Below, one piece after another: positions 12,226 through 24,324 of a DNA stretch of 64,000 nt. Numbering within the stretch: position 1 is the stretch's first letter; every line of letters begins with the position of its first letter. Under the pieces are notes generated by a model that had not been told where the DNA came from, did no database searches, and saw nothing but the letters and a program-made list of their open reading frames with translations. The stretch is from Euprymna scolopes (lineage: Eukaryota). The position numbers and the translations under genes are program-made. The stretch lies in the NCBI GenBank assembly GCA_053919585.1, contig CM132802.1, one strand, 5' to 3'.

Positions 12226-12908
12226 GGAAATAATTTTGGGTAGCAGAAACGAACGTCAGCTCTGACTCGTTTTAAGTCCAGGGTAGGTCACGATTTAGGC
12301 AATAGTAGGACCATTTTTAGGCTCTTGTGTTCATAACCTAACGAGTGTGTGATAGAGATCGTTAGGCCATGTTAAGTTTGTCCCGTTTTTTTTGTTTAGC
12401 ACCATCCCCTTCCCCAAATTAGCTGACAGATCGCTTGATTCGCCAGAGATTCGAGTTCCCTTTCGAAGTTTTCGTAAGATGTGTTTAAATAAAGCGTTCG
12501 GACCCGCATCAACTTTTCGACTGGCCAATCAGCGCACCTGCCACAGTTTAGCAACAGTTTAGAGCGGTCTTTTTTTACTAACATTGTAAATACGTCATTT
12601 AATATTTGTATTATAAAATATTTATATCCCAAACCCTCATTTTTTCTTATGGGTTTTAATTAGTTTATAATGGTATGATGTTCTTATTGTGACTGACGAA
12701 GGATTTATACGCTGATGGATGTATAGCATAAATGTGGTATTGTGGTGAAAGTAGAGTGACAGTAGGAACTAGTTAGATTAGTTAGCTTTAGACAGAGAAG
12801 ACTGTCCTCCCCCTCCCCCATGTTTGACTTTGTGCCAAATTTTTCTGGAAATTCTATATTTTTTGAAAAAAAATATATACCCCATTCATCGTCCAAAATA
12901 TTACAACA

Positions 12909-12986
12909 GAGTAGTTCAGAAAAATAATATTACAGAACAGGTAGCAAAAGATAAAACTGTCCTCGAAATATCGAAAATGATAGGAC
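12909..12986 (+). mobile_element. Middle fragment of the Tc1/TRT transposase (HTH region)
   Basis: SSEK..ITEQVAKDKTVLEISKMIG links MGRKGGL (5479) to HQTLKRLF (~13677). Confidence 0.65.
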
Positions 12987-13668
12987 CTTTTACTCCTGGT
13001 CTTAAATTGAACACTTACTTACTAAATCTGTGTCCAAGACCGCTGGAAAAATGATGGGATCCTTCTATCGATGCAGTATATATCTCACTGATGATGCAAT
13101 TCTCTATTATATAAGAGCCAGGAACGACCAAGGATGGAATATTGTTGCCACATCTGGGCAGGAGCTGCTAGAAAGGATTTGTTCTGCCTTGATAGAGTTC
13201 AAAATAGACTGCATAGTCTCGTAGAAGATATCCTTTTCTCTTCTTTGCAACCTCTATCTCGCAGAAGAGATGTTGCGAGTTTGTCTCTGCTGCATCATTA
13301 TTTTCATGGAAAGTGTTCGACTGGTCCTCACTAGCCAAACTCGCCTAGTTGAAAACACTATCAATAATTCCCCCACTCGTGATCTGTGCCTAAACCTAAA
13401 CGTAGATTCCATGAACAAAGCTTATTTCTTTGAACTGCACGCCCGTGGAATTGTCTTCCGTTTTCCTGCCTTCCAACTGACTACAATATGGTTGTCTTGA
13501 AGTCTAACGTAAACAAGTTCTTGATGAGCCGTCGCACTTATTCACAAATTTACCGAATGTCCATTACTAACAATTTATATATTGTTAAATTTCTGCTGTA
13601 CACTCTAAAACCCTTATCCTTGAGTGCCCTCTTGACCTTGATAGGTGGTGATGCCTACGTAAAAAAAG
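12987..13668 (+). mobile_element. 5'-truncated CR1-group LINE inserted in the Tc1 transposase
   Basis: MEYCCHIWAGA and LQPLSRRRDVASL motifs; similar to 49640-50345; 3' stem-loop followed by an A-run. Confidence 0.88.
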
Positions 13669-14641
13669 AAAGGTACCATCAAACTTTAAAGAGATTGTTC
13701 AAGAGTACGTAAAAGAACTGATAAAGGTAAATCTGAAGTTGTTTCACGCCGTTCTCTACTCCAAGATAAACGTGAAGTTTATAAGGACTATGGACAGACA
13801 AGTCGATAAGTCTTTAAGCGAGCCGGATATAAGAATGTCTCAAAAAGTACTCGATGTCGCTTTCTGAAAGAACTGGCAACGTCTGTGACAAAACCTGCAT
13901 TAAAGCAACATCACGTACAAAACCAATTGAAATACGCAGAGGACAACATTAAACCGGAGTTTTCCAAAGTTTTGTTCATGGATAAAGTGTGTGTCACTCT
14001 TGATGGATCACATGGCAGGAGCAAAAGAAGGGGTCCTAGATGGACGACATCATCATCAGCGTTTAAAGCGGCAATGTGGTGGTTGGATAATGATTTGGGT
14101 TGTTATTATCGGAGGTATTTTACTTGGCCCATGTAAAGTCCCAGACAGCGTAAATATGACATCAAATGCTTTTCTGAAGGAGCGCTTTGGACCAGGGTCG
14201 AGGAGCAAGGGTTTACATTCAAGAGAAACATTATTTTTTATGCAGAATAATGCTCCCTCACAGACAGAAAACAAAAGCAAAGCGTATTTCCAACAGCTGA
14301 GGTCCTCTGGGCTACGGAAGAGAGCGGTCTGCGAATTCACCAGAGTTGAACCTTATTGAGAACCTTCAGAGTACAATGAAGCGACACCTCTATGAAAGTG
14401 GACGCCAATTTAAGAGCATAGATGAGTTGTGGGTGCTCTACAAGAGGTATCGCAAGGAATAACTGTTGACGAAATCAAAAATTTGACTAATTTTGTGGAC
14501 CAATATCTTTTACAAGTCATTCATAACAAAGGATCGCACATGCCCTACCAATTAAGTCAACGTTGAAATTGCTATGTAGTTATTGTGTTCAAAGCATTTT
14601 TCTTGTTTATTTAATGTTTGAAAAGTATTAGACTCTCTCTA
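13669..14641 (+). mobile_element. Tc1-family (TRT/DD37E-like) transposase remnant, catalytic part
   Basis: FSKVLFMDKVCVTLDGSHG, GGWIMIW, FMQNNAPS and SPELNLIEN motifs; runs into an N gap. Confidence 0.85.
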
Positions 14642-16211
14642 NNNNNNNNNNNNNNNNNNNNNNNNNNNNNNNNNNNNNNNNNNNNNNNNNNNNNNNNNNN
14701 NNNNNNNNNNNNNNNNNNNNNNNNNNNNNNNNNNNNNNNNNNNNNNNNNNNNNNNNNNNNNNNNNNNNNNNNNNNNNNTGAGTGTAAAACGGACTATAGA
14801 ACCGATTAATTATAAATAATAGATACTATATATATAGATATATAACACTGATAGGTATCAATAAATAGTAATGTTTAAATCGAGAAATAAAACATCTTAT
14901 ATTTATTATTGTAAAATCTATTGAGTACAAATAAAATCTGTTATATATTTATGTACCTTGATTACGAATTAAATTTATAGCACGTGACATATAGCAAAAA
15001 ATTAAATCTATTTAAAATAATTATTATGTAGTGTCTAAGTTATATAATGTATTTTTTAAATAACATTAGTTATCCGTGTAGAATAAAATTGTGATGTGGC
15101 GCAAATAAACATCTTATCTGAAAAGAAAAAAAAAAGTCTTCCCATTCTCGGCTGTTATTTTTCTGGCTTTAAACCAAACTCAAGAACAATCTCAATACAT
15201 TAATCTTGGCTGAACCTAATACCACCGTTTTCTCACGCCACAGGCAAGGTCCTGATATTTTCCACGTTTTTTTTTTCTGTTTTTTTCTCTTCAATCTCTT
15301 GTCCTTTGGCACCGCGCCATTTACAATTTACCATTATTGTGTTCTTCTTTTTCTTTTATTGCTGTGTTTGACGCAGGAGAGGTCATTTTGGATCTGAATA
15401 TCCCGGAGAAGTTTCAACGTATTCTATCAATTATAGTTTTCAAAGTTTCATCACAAAAAGCTGCCGAAAGACTGACTATAATTTTCTCACCTGCGGACGG
15501 TCGCTGATTTTTTGTTATTTAATATTTTTGTGTCTCTGGAATAGTCCCTATCCTATTATATTCATTTCACGTAGAATTCGTTACTATATTATGTTATGTG
15601 TAAGTATCACATTATATTTATTCGAGACGAATGAAAAGATTATTCTATCATTAATATTAGCATGAAACGCTTTTTTAGTAATTTGACTACGACTAACATA
15701 AATGGCTCTAAAATGTCAATGGTAATTTAATGTAAACACTATTCAATAATTTCTTGAGATCCATATTGTTATTATATAAATCGGGGTATCATAGGTTGTT
15801 TTAGGCTAATATATATTTTAGTAGTAAGCAATTAAGTTACCTTGCTGTTTTGTACTGATGTGGCATTTTTTTTTAATTTAAAAGAATTGCCTTGCATATC
15901 GTTCTTTTAATATGCCATCATGTCGTGTATGCCAAAATGTTTTATGTAAAGTTTAAAGTTTAAATATAATTTGTGTAATTTAAGTATATATTGCCATTAT
16001 AAACGCGTAGTTATATTAATATTAATCCTTGTATTATTATAGAAAACTCTGAGCATATTTGATCACATTCCTTTGGGAAGTGTTCAGAAATTAGAACCAA
16101 ATAAAACGATATCTGATGATAATATGTATTGATAAAATATTTCGTGTTCATTTTTTCATTCGTTCTGATGGCATTGTATTTGAATCCATAACAAAAAGGA
16201 ACTAACATATT

Positions 16212-16430
16212 AGATGCTCTCCATAAGTTTTCAGGCTTTTCTGTCGTATAGGCTCTTAATTGATATTTTATTGTCATTGCCCATATGAAACTCTAGTCCT
16301 ATTCTAATCATCTCCTCCGGTTGCAATGCACTTGTACGGTTCCAACAAATCCTGGAACGCTTCATAGAAGCCTCCTGTGTGAGCGTGTCAATGATCTCCA
16401 TTACAACTTCTGCCATCTCTAACTTCCCAC
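16212..16430 (-). mobile_element. mariner 3' end fragment
   Basis: EIIDTLTQE followed by frameshifted AFQDLLE..KCIATGGD, matching a mariner transposase C-terminus. Confidence 0.6.
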
Positions 16431-17958
16431 GTTAAAAAGTACCGATACCTTATCTGGATATTAGGGTTTTTTTTTATATTATGTGAAGTATTCCTGATTA
16501 GTGAATTTAATTGTTTCGTAACTTGCAGAAAAATATCCTATAGCTTTATATTTCACTATATATTAGGAAATTGTACAATAAATCACATACAGTTAATATA
16601 GGCTTAACCTCCTAGCCTTTGACCCAGACAATGATATACTGATCTCGAAGAGATGCACTGAACAACGTGCCTGTCGCTCAGGTGCCTCCCACTGTTCATA
16701 AAAAAAGCATCCCTCACATTTTTAACAAAGCAGAGGCATATACCATACCCTTAACTTTAAGTTGTATTTCACCTGAATAAATCTATATAAACGTCGTAGT
16801 ATGCACTCCAATTCATAGCAAGCCTACCTGTGGGGTAAATGTTTTTCATTAAGATAGATAAAAAATAAAGAAATCGGCTAAAAATATACAAACTTAGAAA
16901 GAGTCAGAATCAATATCCTCTCTCCGCTGGTTTTGCTTACGTCTTCTGTAAACAAATTTTAAAAGAAAATCCACATGAATTTACGCGCAGCTGCGGAAAA
17001 TGAAGACAACTTAATCCAGATCATGCATTCCTGAAACATGCCGTTTATGAACTTTGTACAGGAGTCTAATTCAGTGGCATTTAAATCAGTANNNNNNNNN
17101 NNNNNNNNNNNNNNNNNNNNNNNNNNNNNNNNNNNNNNNNNNNNNNNNNNNNNNNNNNNNNNNNNNNNNNNNNNNNNNNNNNNNNNNNNNNNNNNNNNNN
17201 NNNNNNNNNNNNNNNNNNNNNNNNNNNNNNNNNNNNNNNNNNNNNNNNNNNNNNNNNNNNNNNNNNNNNNNNNTGAAGGAGAAGAAAGACAACAACAACA
17301 ACAACAACACTTTCTATTAAACTGACAATTGTTTCCCGAGCCTCGATATGCTCTCAAATTTATATTCCAGTAGCATTTCTTTAAACAGTATTATCTGAAG
17401 ACAATCAGTTGCATAAAGTGCAAAAACTTCTGTCTTGTAAGAAACAAAAAAGAACATCGATGCTGATGCGTTACAACTTACTGGGCACTTGATATAATTG
17501 TTATCAAAATTACACCGCCAGTCGGTCAAATGCTTACAAAATGGCAAACAACTGTCGGCCTTTGTTCCGCACTGACAGATGGCGCCACTAACTCTAGGAA
17601 CTCACATAGACAATACGTGACAGCCTGTCTATCCATTTCGCCATTACAAACATCGTTGTAATTTAAAATGACTTCCGCCGGATAAGATAACTGGGTGAAT
17701 TAATACTGTATCAATGCACAGCGTGTTGTATTGCACGCTTCTTAGTCTATTGTCCACTGGTTTCAATAAAAGAATGTAAATCTTTGTAGACACAGTGTCT
17801 TGTCATATATTGCGTTCCCAGATCGCAGATACGCAGAACTCTAGGCGCAGTTGCTAATGTGTGTGTTTCTTTGCTATTCCCTATAATAATCTTCTCAATT
17901 CCATTTTGTAAGAATTACCTTTGATATAAACGTTTCATATCAAGATTAAAGAATTAAG

Positions 17959-18144
17959 GGTAAATTTTTACGACGTGTAACAGCGTATTATAAACACCCC
18001 AACCTTCCCATGTAAAGAATAAACATACCACAAACTCCCCATGTTAAGAACGCCTTTCGAGGTTGAGGTGTGTTTATTCCGAAAAACGTTCTAAATATGG
18101 GTGGGGTGCTTATAATATGCTGGGACACGCCGTAAAAATTGATC
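17959..18144. mobile_element. MITE with ~43-bp terminal inverted repeats (TIRs) and 8-bp TSD (Merlin-like)
   Basis: GGTAAATTTTTACGACGTGT...ACACGCCGTAAAAATTGATC flanked by GAATTAAG at 17951-17958 and 18145-18152. GG start plus 8-bp TSD fits Merlin. Confidence 0.75.
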
Positions 18145-18394
18145 GAATTAAGTAATGTGGACAATGGTAAAAGTGTTATTATTTTTATTTATTAAGATTA
18201 AATAAAATCACTTTCTATTTGTCTCACTAGCAAAAATAGAAGATTTTCTTTTTTTAGTACATTTACCTACAATTATCATCGTATCTTTCTTTTATATATT
18301 TGTTTGGATGTTGACCTTTAAACACATATATCACATTCCAAAGCATAACATTAGATGCTTCAATCCCTGTTTTAATAAAATGCATACACACTTG

Positions 18395-21300
18395 TTTTTT
18401 TTTTTTCATTACATTTTCACCCCAAACAAGGCACATTGCCACTTTAATGTAGGGGGCTACTATCAGGGGAAACATCTACTGGGGTACTGTGTAGGGATTA
18501 GGGCAGCGAGATGTTGGTTCACGTTGCACTTGAACTTATGCATGTCAGTACAGTTGGGGAAGCAGTGACCTGGAATGGAATTCCAAAGTCTAGCAGTTCT
18601 GGGGAAGAAACTACTGGAGTAGAAAGATCTTTTACATCTAGGGATCTCTACAGTGTCGGGGTGGGATTTTGTAGCTTGTCGGGTCTGTCGTGTTCCCGTC
18701 GTGGGGGCACAAGTGCTTGCAGTTCTTCCGAGCATTCACCATTATAATACTTGTAGAACAGGCAGAGGGATGCAACGTTTCGACGATGGGGCAGTGGCTG
18801 AAGTTTTGATGCCAGTTTAGGGCCTATCAGATTTGCGACTGTCTTTTGAACCCTGTCAAGGAGCGAGAGACTAGTAGCCGATGCACCGGCCCAAATATGA
18901 CAGCAATACTCCATACATGGGCGAATAGTGGCCTTATAGAGGTACAGGATACTTTCAGGTGTTAGAAGTTTTCTAGCACGGTAGAGAGAGCCCACCTTCC
19001 TCGCAGCGGCCCTGGCAATGCCCTCGATGTAATTGTTCCAGCTCATGTTTCCTGTGAACGTTAGGCCAAGGAGCTTGAAAGACGTACTCTCAACTAAAGA
19101 GTTGTTGGCCATTGCTAGAGGTGGTAGAGAAGGTTTCTTGTAATTATTGAATGAAACCAGTTTTGTCTTGGTGGCATTGAACGTTACCATCCATTTTTGT
19201 CCCCATTCCACTACTGATTTGAGGTCATCCTCTAGTGTTTCTGCCATTACTTTAGATATATGTTCATTTGTTTTCCTGTCGTGCCTGCTATAGAGTGTGG
19301 TGTCATCAGCATATATACCCATCTCAGAGGCAATTTTGTCGGGGAGGTCATTTATGAATATCAGGAACAGCAGAGGACCAAGGATAGATCCCTGGGGCAC
19401 TCCCGCATTTATATTATATTGTTTAGACGTACGACCGTCGAGGACAACCTGGATTTTTCTCTTATCTAAGAAGGATTTAATTATGTTAAGTATTCTACCA
19501 GTGATACCGTAAGATCTAATCTTCCTGAGGAGACCCTCATGCCATACCCTGTCAAAAGCCTTAGATATATCTAGAGCTACCGCTCTGCCATCTCCCGCTT
19601 TGTCCAGTGAATGGTATATGCGTTCAGAGATTACAGTGAGGATGTCTGCCGTGGAACGGGCTTGTCTAAATCCATATTGATGGTCGGTCAGAAGTTTAGC
19701 ATCTGTAAGGTGCTGGACTAGAGCATGGTTAATTAAGGTCTCAAATATTTTGGCAAAAAGTGGGAGGAGGCTAATAGGGCGATAATTTAATGGGTCAGTT
19801 CTTTCGCCAGAATTCTTGAATACTGGTACCACAGAAGCAGTTTTCCAACAGCTCGGAAAGCAAGATTCATTAAGGCATTTGTTGTAGAGTTTGGAGAGAA
19901 CTGGAGCTACTTCGGCTGAGCACTTTTTTAATAGCACAGCTGGGATGAGGTCGGGTCCAAATGCTTTGGAAGTGTCAAGGTTTTTTATGATAGCATGCAC
20001 CTGAGCAGGGGTGATTTTTAGATCGTCTAGCGTGGCGTCTGTCCTCATAGGAAAGTCAGGTAGGGGGTGGTTTAGAGGGTCCAGTGTAGAGTTGGAGGCA
20101 AACCGACTGGCAAGCATGTTAGCCTTCTCGGTTGCTGAGCAAAGAACCTCGTGATTGTTGGTTGGTGGGGGAATTGTTGATTGCCCATTATTTACTACAC
20201 TGTTGTAGATTTTCCAGAAGTCACGAGTTCCTAATTTTTGTGCTTCGATGCGTTTTTTAGTGGTTTCCGTAAATTCCCTCTTAGCTGTCGCTATTTATTT
20301 CTTAACGTTACTTCTAGCTTCTATGTACTTTTGTCTGTTTGAACTGGACTTATGTCGGTTAAACCTGCGGAATGCATGCTGCCTTTGAGCAATGGCAGTT
20401 GCGCAAGTCGAAGAAAACCATTGGGGAGAGTGGGGCTTGCTATAGAATTTCCACATGGGAACATACGCTTCGATTGCAGTTTTGAACCATTCAGTGGTCT
20501 CGGTTGCACACTGTTCAGCAGGAAGATAAAAAAATATTTCCCCATGGGGCGTCTCTGATAAGATCTCTGATAGCTTCCCAGTCAGCCTTTTTATAATATC
20601 TCGTTGTTTTGAGCACTGGCTCTTCAGTTTTGGGTCTGGAGTTTAGGGCGATTTCAACCATTATTACCGCATGATCAGCGTTCCCAAGTGGGCTGTCGGC
20701 TTTCGTTACACAATCATCAGGAACTGTGGTCAAACACAGATCTAATAGTGATGCGTGTTGCTCTTCCTGATCAGGGAAGCGGGTTGGGAAAGTAACAATT
20801 TGCGATAGGGAGTGAGATACAGAGAAGCTATGAGTTGCGCTGCCTGCTGCATCTATATAAGTAGAGAATCCAAGCCAGTTTTTGTGATGGACATTAAAGT
20901 CACCAAATACATGTACTTGGGCGCTAGTGTCGAAGGAGAGTGGTGTGTCTATGCTGTCAGATACTTTGTTTATTTTGGTGCAGTCTTGGGTCGAGGGAGA
21001 GCGGTAGAGAAAGTAAAAGTAGCTAATGTTGTGTTGCATGATTAGTCTAAAGCACATAAAGGCTTGATCATCCGTTTCTAGGTTTGTTTCTCTAGTCAAG
21101 GGAAGGGTATTACGAATGTAAACTCCAAGTCCGTGCATATGTCTGTCAGAGTCCTTACGGCAGAGTGGGAGATATCCAGGCATGTGAAAGTAGTTAGAGG
21201 GGATGGAGGAGTGTAGGTTAGTCTCACTTAGTGCTAAGATATCCGGGGTATTTGTTAGGAGAAATGCTTCAACATCAGCTAAATTAGTTCTAAGCCCACG

Positions 21301-22158
21301 GATATTTGTGAATGCAAGCCTCAAGGGAGGAGGCAAGTTGGATTTGTTTGTCCCTAAGCCTGGTTTAAGTTTATTTTTAGATTGTACTGTCATCATGTTT
21401 TTTAACGAGTTTCAGTTGGGTTTGGGGAAGCCGAACAGGAGGTTATGCGGAATATCACACATGCATCACAAGTAGACCATCAGCTGACCCTCCATCAACT
21501 AGGACTGTGGCCTCAGGAAAGCCCACCGGGGATGAGTGCAGGGTCCCTTTCCATGCGCGCCATGGCACTGCAAACATCCCGATATTATTCAACTGTTGAT
21601 GGAGCAACCGCTCTAAGCGCTACCAAAGAGTTAGGGCTCCTGTACTACCAGTCGGAAACAGCAGCCAGTAACTGTCAATCCGGTACCCTCAACCCATCAG
21701 AGGAAGGTCAACATAATCTAATTGCTCAGGCATATGTGGTACTCGAGCATTCTCAAGTGTCCAGCTTAAGGAGTGGGGTGTGTCGGGAGTGGGGGAAACG
21801 GCGTTCATTGCCCTAGACAAGAAACGAGATCTACCAATGGGTGTTTCTGTCGAATCACTGTGATAGTATCTCTGCGCCTGACTAATAGGCAAAGAAGGAG
21901 TATGGAAGCCGGGCGATAGGCAGGACCTATCTACTCCTTAAGCAATTTAGGTATTGCAAACCGGTAATTTGTTTGAGTTACCAGCTCTAGGAAGGTTGTC
22001 ATCCAAGACTGAAGAGGCCTCCCTCCTCTCTGGTTTAGTTTCAGAGTTTTCCTTCTCCTAGACGGATGATCTGGAAAGATCCACTGGGTCCGTCACCACT
22101 GAGAGGGTTTGCTCCGCGCCTGGGTTCTAATCCAGGTATTTCTGCGACCCCGCGTGGT
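18395..22158 (-). mobile_element. Near-intact single-ORF CR1-group LINE with a long structured 5' UTR
   Basis: APE+RT ORF, poly(A) tail at 18395-18406, and a ~760-bp GC-richer leader. The 5' boundary is approximate. Confidence 0.9.
18463..21396 (-). pseudogene. APE endonuclease-reverse transcriptase ORF with three lesions
   Basis: FTNIRGL, LSETNL, GDFNVHH, NYRPISLL, GVPQGSILGP, YADD and IRPCMEYCCHIW motifs. Frameshift near 20525, TAA at ~20294-20296, frameshift near 18685. Confidence 0.93.
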
Positions 22159-24324
22159 TAATTAATGTTATTGGGTTAGTTTGTAGAGGTTATATCTGCT
22201 AAATAGTTACACTCCTCAAAGTGGATTAGGGATATTGTTATTTCAATGTTAGTGGATAAAGAGGTTGAGTAGAGCTCATGCAGTGTAAGCAACTATGATT
22301 GTAAGGAGGCTTGTTAGGAGATAATGTGGTTTGAGGCTTACACTTTTGTTTATATATATTTTTTATTATTTTTTTCCTTTTTTTATTGTTATTTATTTAT
22401 TTTTTTTTTATTCATGTGAGCTTCGGTCTAGTATGATATTAAAGTGTGAGTAGGTGTTAAGAATTGAACTACGAGTTGTGCCAAAACTATATTTTAGATG
22501 ATAGCAGGGCATGAGATGCGAGTGCAGTATAGTACGGGTAAAACAGTAAGTTTTGAGTCATGTGTAATTTGGTAAATAGATATATGGGCTGGTTTTAGAA
22601 GGTGCGAATAAAGTTGGAGGTACAAGGTGAGTTTCTATTTTTGAGGGAAGATGTTTTCAGCTTCCAAGTAAAAGTTATGGACATTTAGCATAGCAAGGAG
22701 CATTGGTTCAGTTTCGTATTAGCGTTGCAAAGCTATCTAAGAGGAGACAGTTGTGTAATGCAGTGCGGTGTGCTTTGCTTCCGAGTACATACTTTGGCTG
22801 TTTAATACCAACTGGAATAGGAATGAACTCCAATGCATGTCTAGAGGGTAGAATTGTATAGATGTTTAGTGATGACTAAGCAGTTAGCATGTGAGAGTCA
22901 GGGGCTGGAAGTTAAAGATTCCAGTACAAAACGGAGTGAAATGTAGGAGTTAAGTGGCGGTTTGGTGGGAAGGAGCAGATTGTTAGCCTTCAAGGGATAT
23001 GGGTTATTAATTTACAAGAAACAGATCTACATTAGGATTTAGAGTGGCAGGTAATTTTTTTTTTTTGCGCATGCAGGCTAGACAGAGGTAATCGTCTTGG
23101 AGGTAAAATGTATATTGGGATTCCGTAGCTAGCAGTTAGGTGTTTGTTCCAGTTACAAGAACTAGTTCATGGTGGATCGGAATTCCGTATTTCGTATTTA
23201 TAGGAAGACATTAAAGTAACGCACTGAGCATAGCATCCACTCAGGAAGAATAGCTCTAGTATCACAGCTAAGATACTGCATATTTAGGTAATGAATACTA
23301 GAAGTTAAATTAGGTGGCACTTTTTTTTTTGCACCTTACCATGGCTGTTACTATTAAGTATTGTACTTAAATAAAGTTCTTCTGTCATCTAAATAAGTTA
23401 AATATGGATTCCCCCTCCGCATTACTGCGTCGATGTGACATGGTAAAAAAGAAATTAGTCAGGAAATTGTTTTTAAAATAAGTGAATCAGGAAGGGTCAA
23501 GATGTCTGAGAAATAAGATAAAAATTACATCGAGAAAAAAAAAAAATAAATAAAAACAAAATAAATAAATGTTTTTAAAAATAGTTGATACCTCTATAAA
23601 AAAATGTATGAGACTTGAAATAATAGCTTTAATTCTCATCTTAACATTTCTACTCTACAAATTAAACAAAATATCCAGTAAATATATAACTAAAAACACC
23701 CAGTATCCAGTCTCATTTTTATTGCTTTCTTGTATACCATTTTAGTCTTCACGCAAAAGCACATTTTTGAGTCAATCTAATCAAATTATCTAATTTAATA
23801 TATATTTCTGCTTGCGAGGCCTATAATTTTCTCTCTCTTAAATTTCTCTTATTTAGGAAAGTTTTAAAGTGTTTACCGTTATGATCTGAATATTCTTACT
23901 GGCTGTTCTTTTGTTTCCATTCTATACACTTTTATATTCTAGAAAATTTAAATATTGTAAGTATGCTTTTCAAGCTTTTTGTAGTTTTTATATCGAAATT
24001 ATAATTTTTTCTCATTTCGAATACATTACTTAAAATTAAATGGTTGCTAAGTGGCACGAGGTAATAAATGTATATGGATAAAGAGATACATCTGAATCTA
24101 GGTGGCGAGTGAAGAGCAAGTATTTATACTCTTATTAAATATACTTAATCAGTGAGTATTTACGATATTATTTTAGGATGCATTTTAATACACAAAATAC
24201 AGATAGAGGGGATGAGAAACTTGGTAATATTAATTCTCTGGAAGCCTTGTTTTAATCATTATATTCTTTCCAATTAATTAATTTCAAGTAAAGGCATAAT
24301 TACCTACATACCCATCATGTCAAA

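Larger units (their letters stand above)
6967..12870 (+). mobile_element. Tx1/L1-clade non-LTR retrotransposon, apparently full length but decayed
   Basis: ORF1 and ORF2 remnants, a 3' A-run, and identical 16-bp flanks AAATATATACCCCATT at 6951-6966 and 12871-12886 (target site duplication, TSD). Confidence 0.85.
5504..12908. mobile_element. Solo-LTR-like insertion (~385 bp of its own sequence: 5504-5851 plus ~12871-12908) containing the tandem units and the Tx1 LINE
   Basis: Flanked by a 5-bp duplication GAGTA (5499-5503 and 12909-12913). Right end is CAACA (canonical LTR end); left end TCTAG could be a decayed TGTTG. Removing it restores the transposase N-terminus. Confidence 0.55.

Noticed and set aside
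21445-21892. 123-aa and 67-aa ORFs upstream of the CR1 ORF as a possible ORF1
   Set aside because: One is antisense and the other is short with no RRM, PHD, esterase or knuckle motif.
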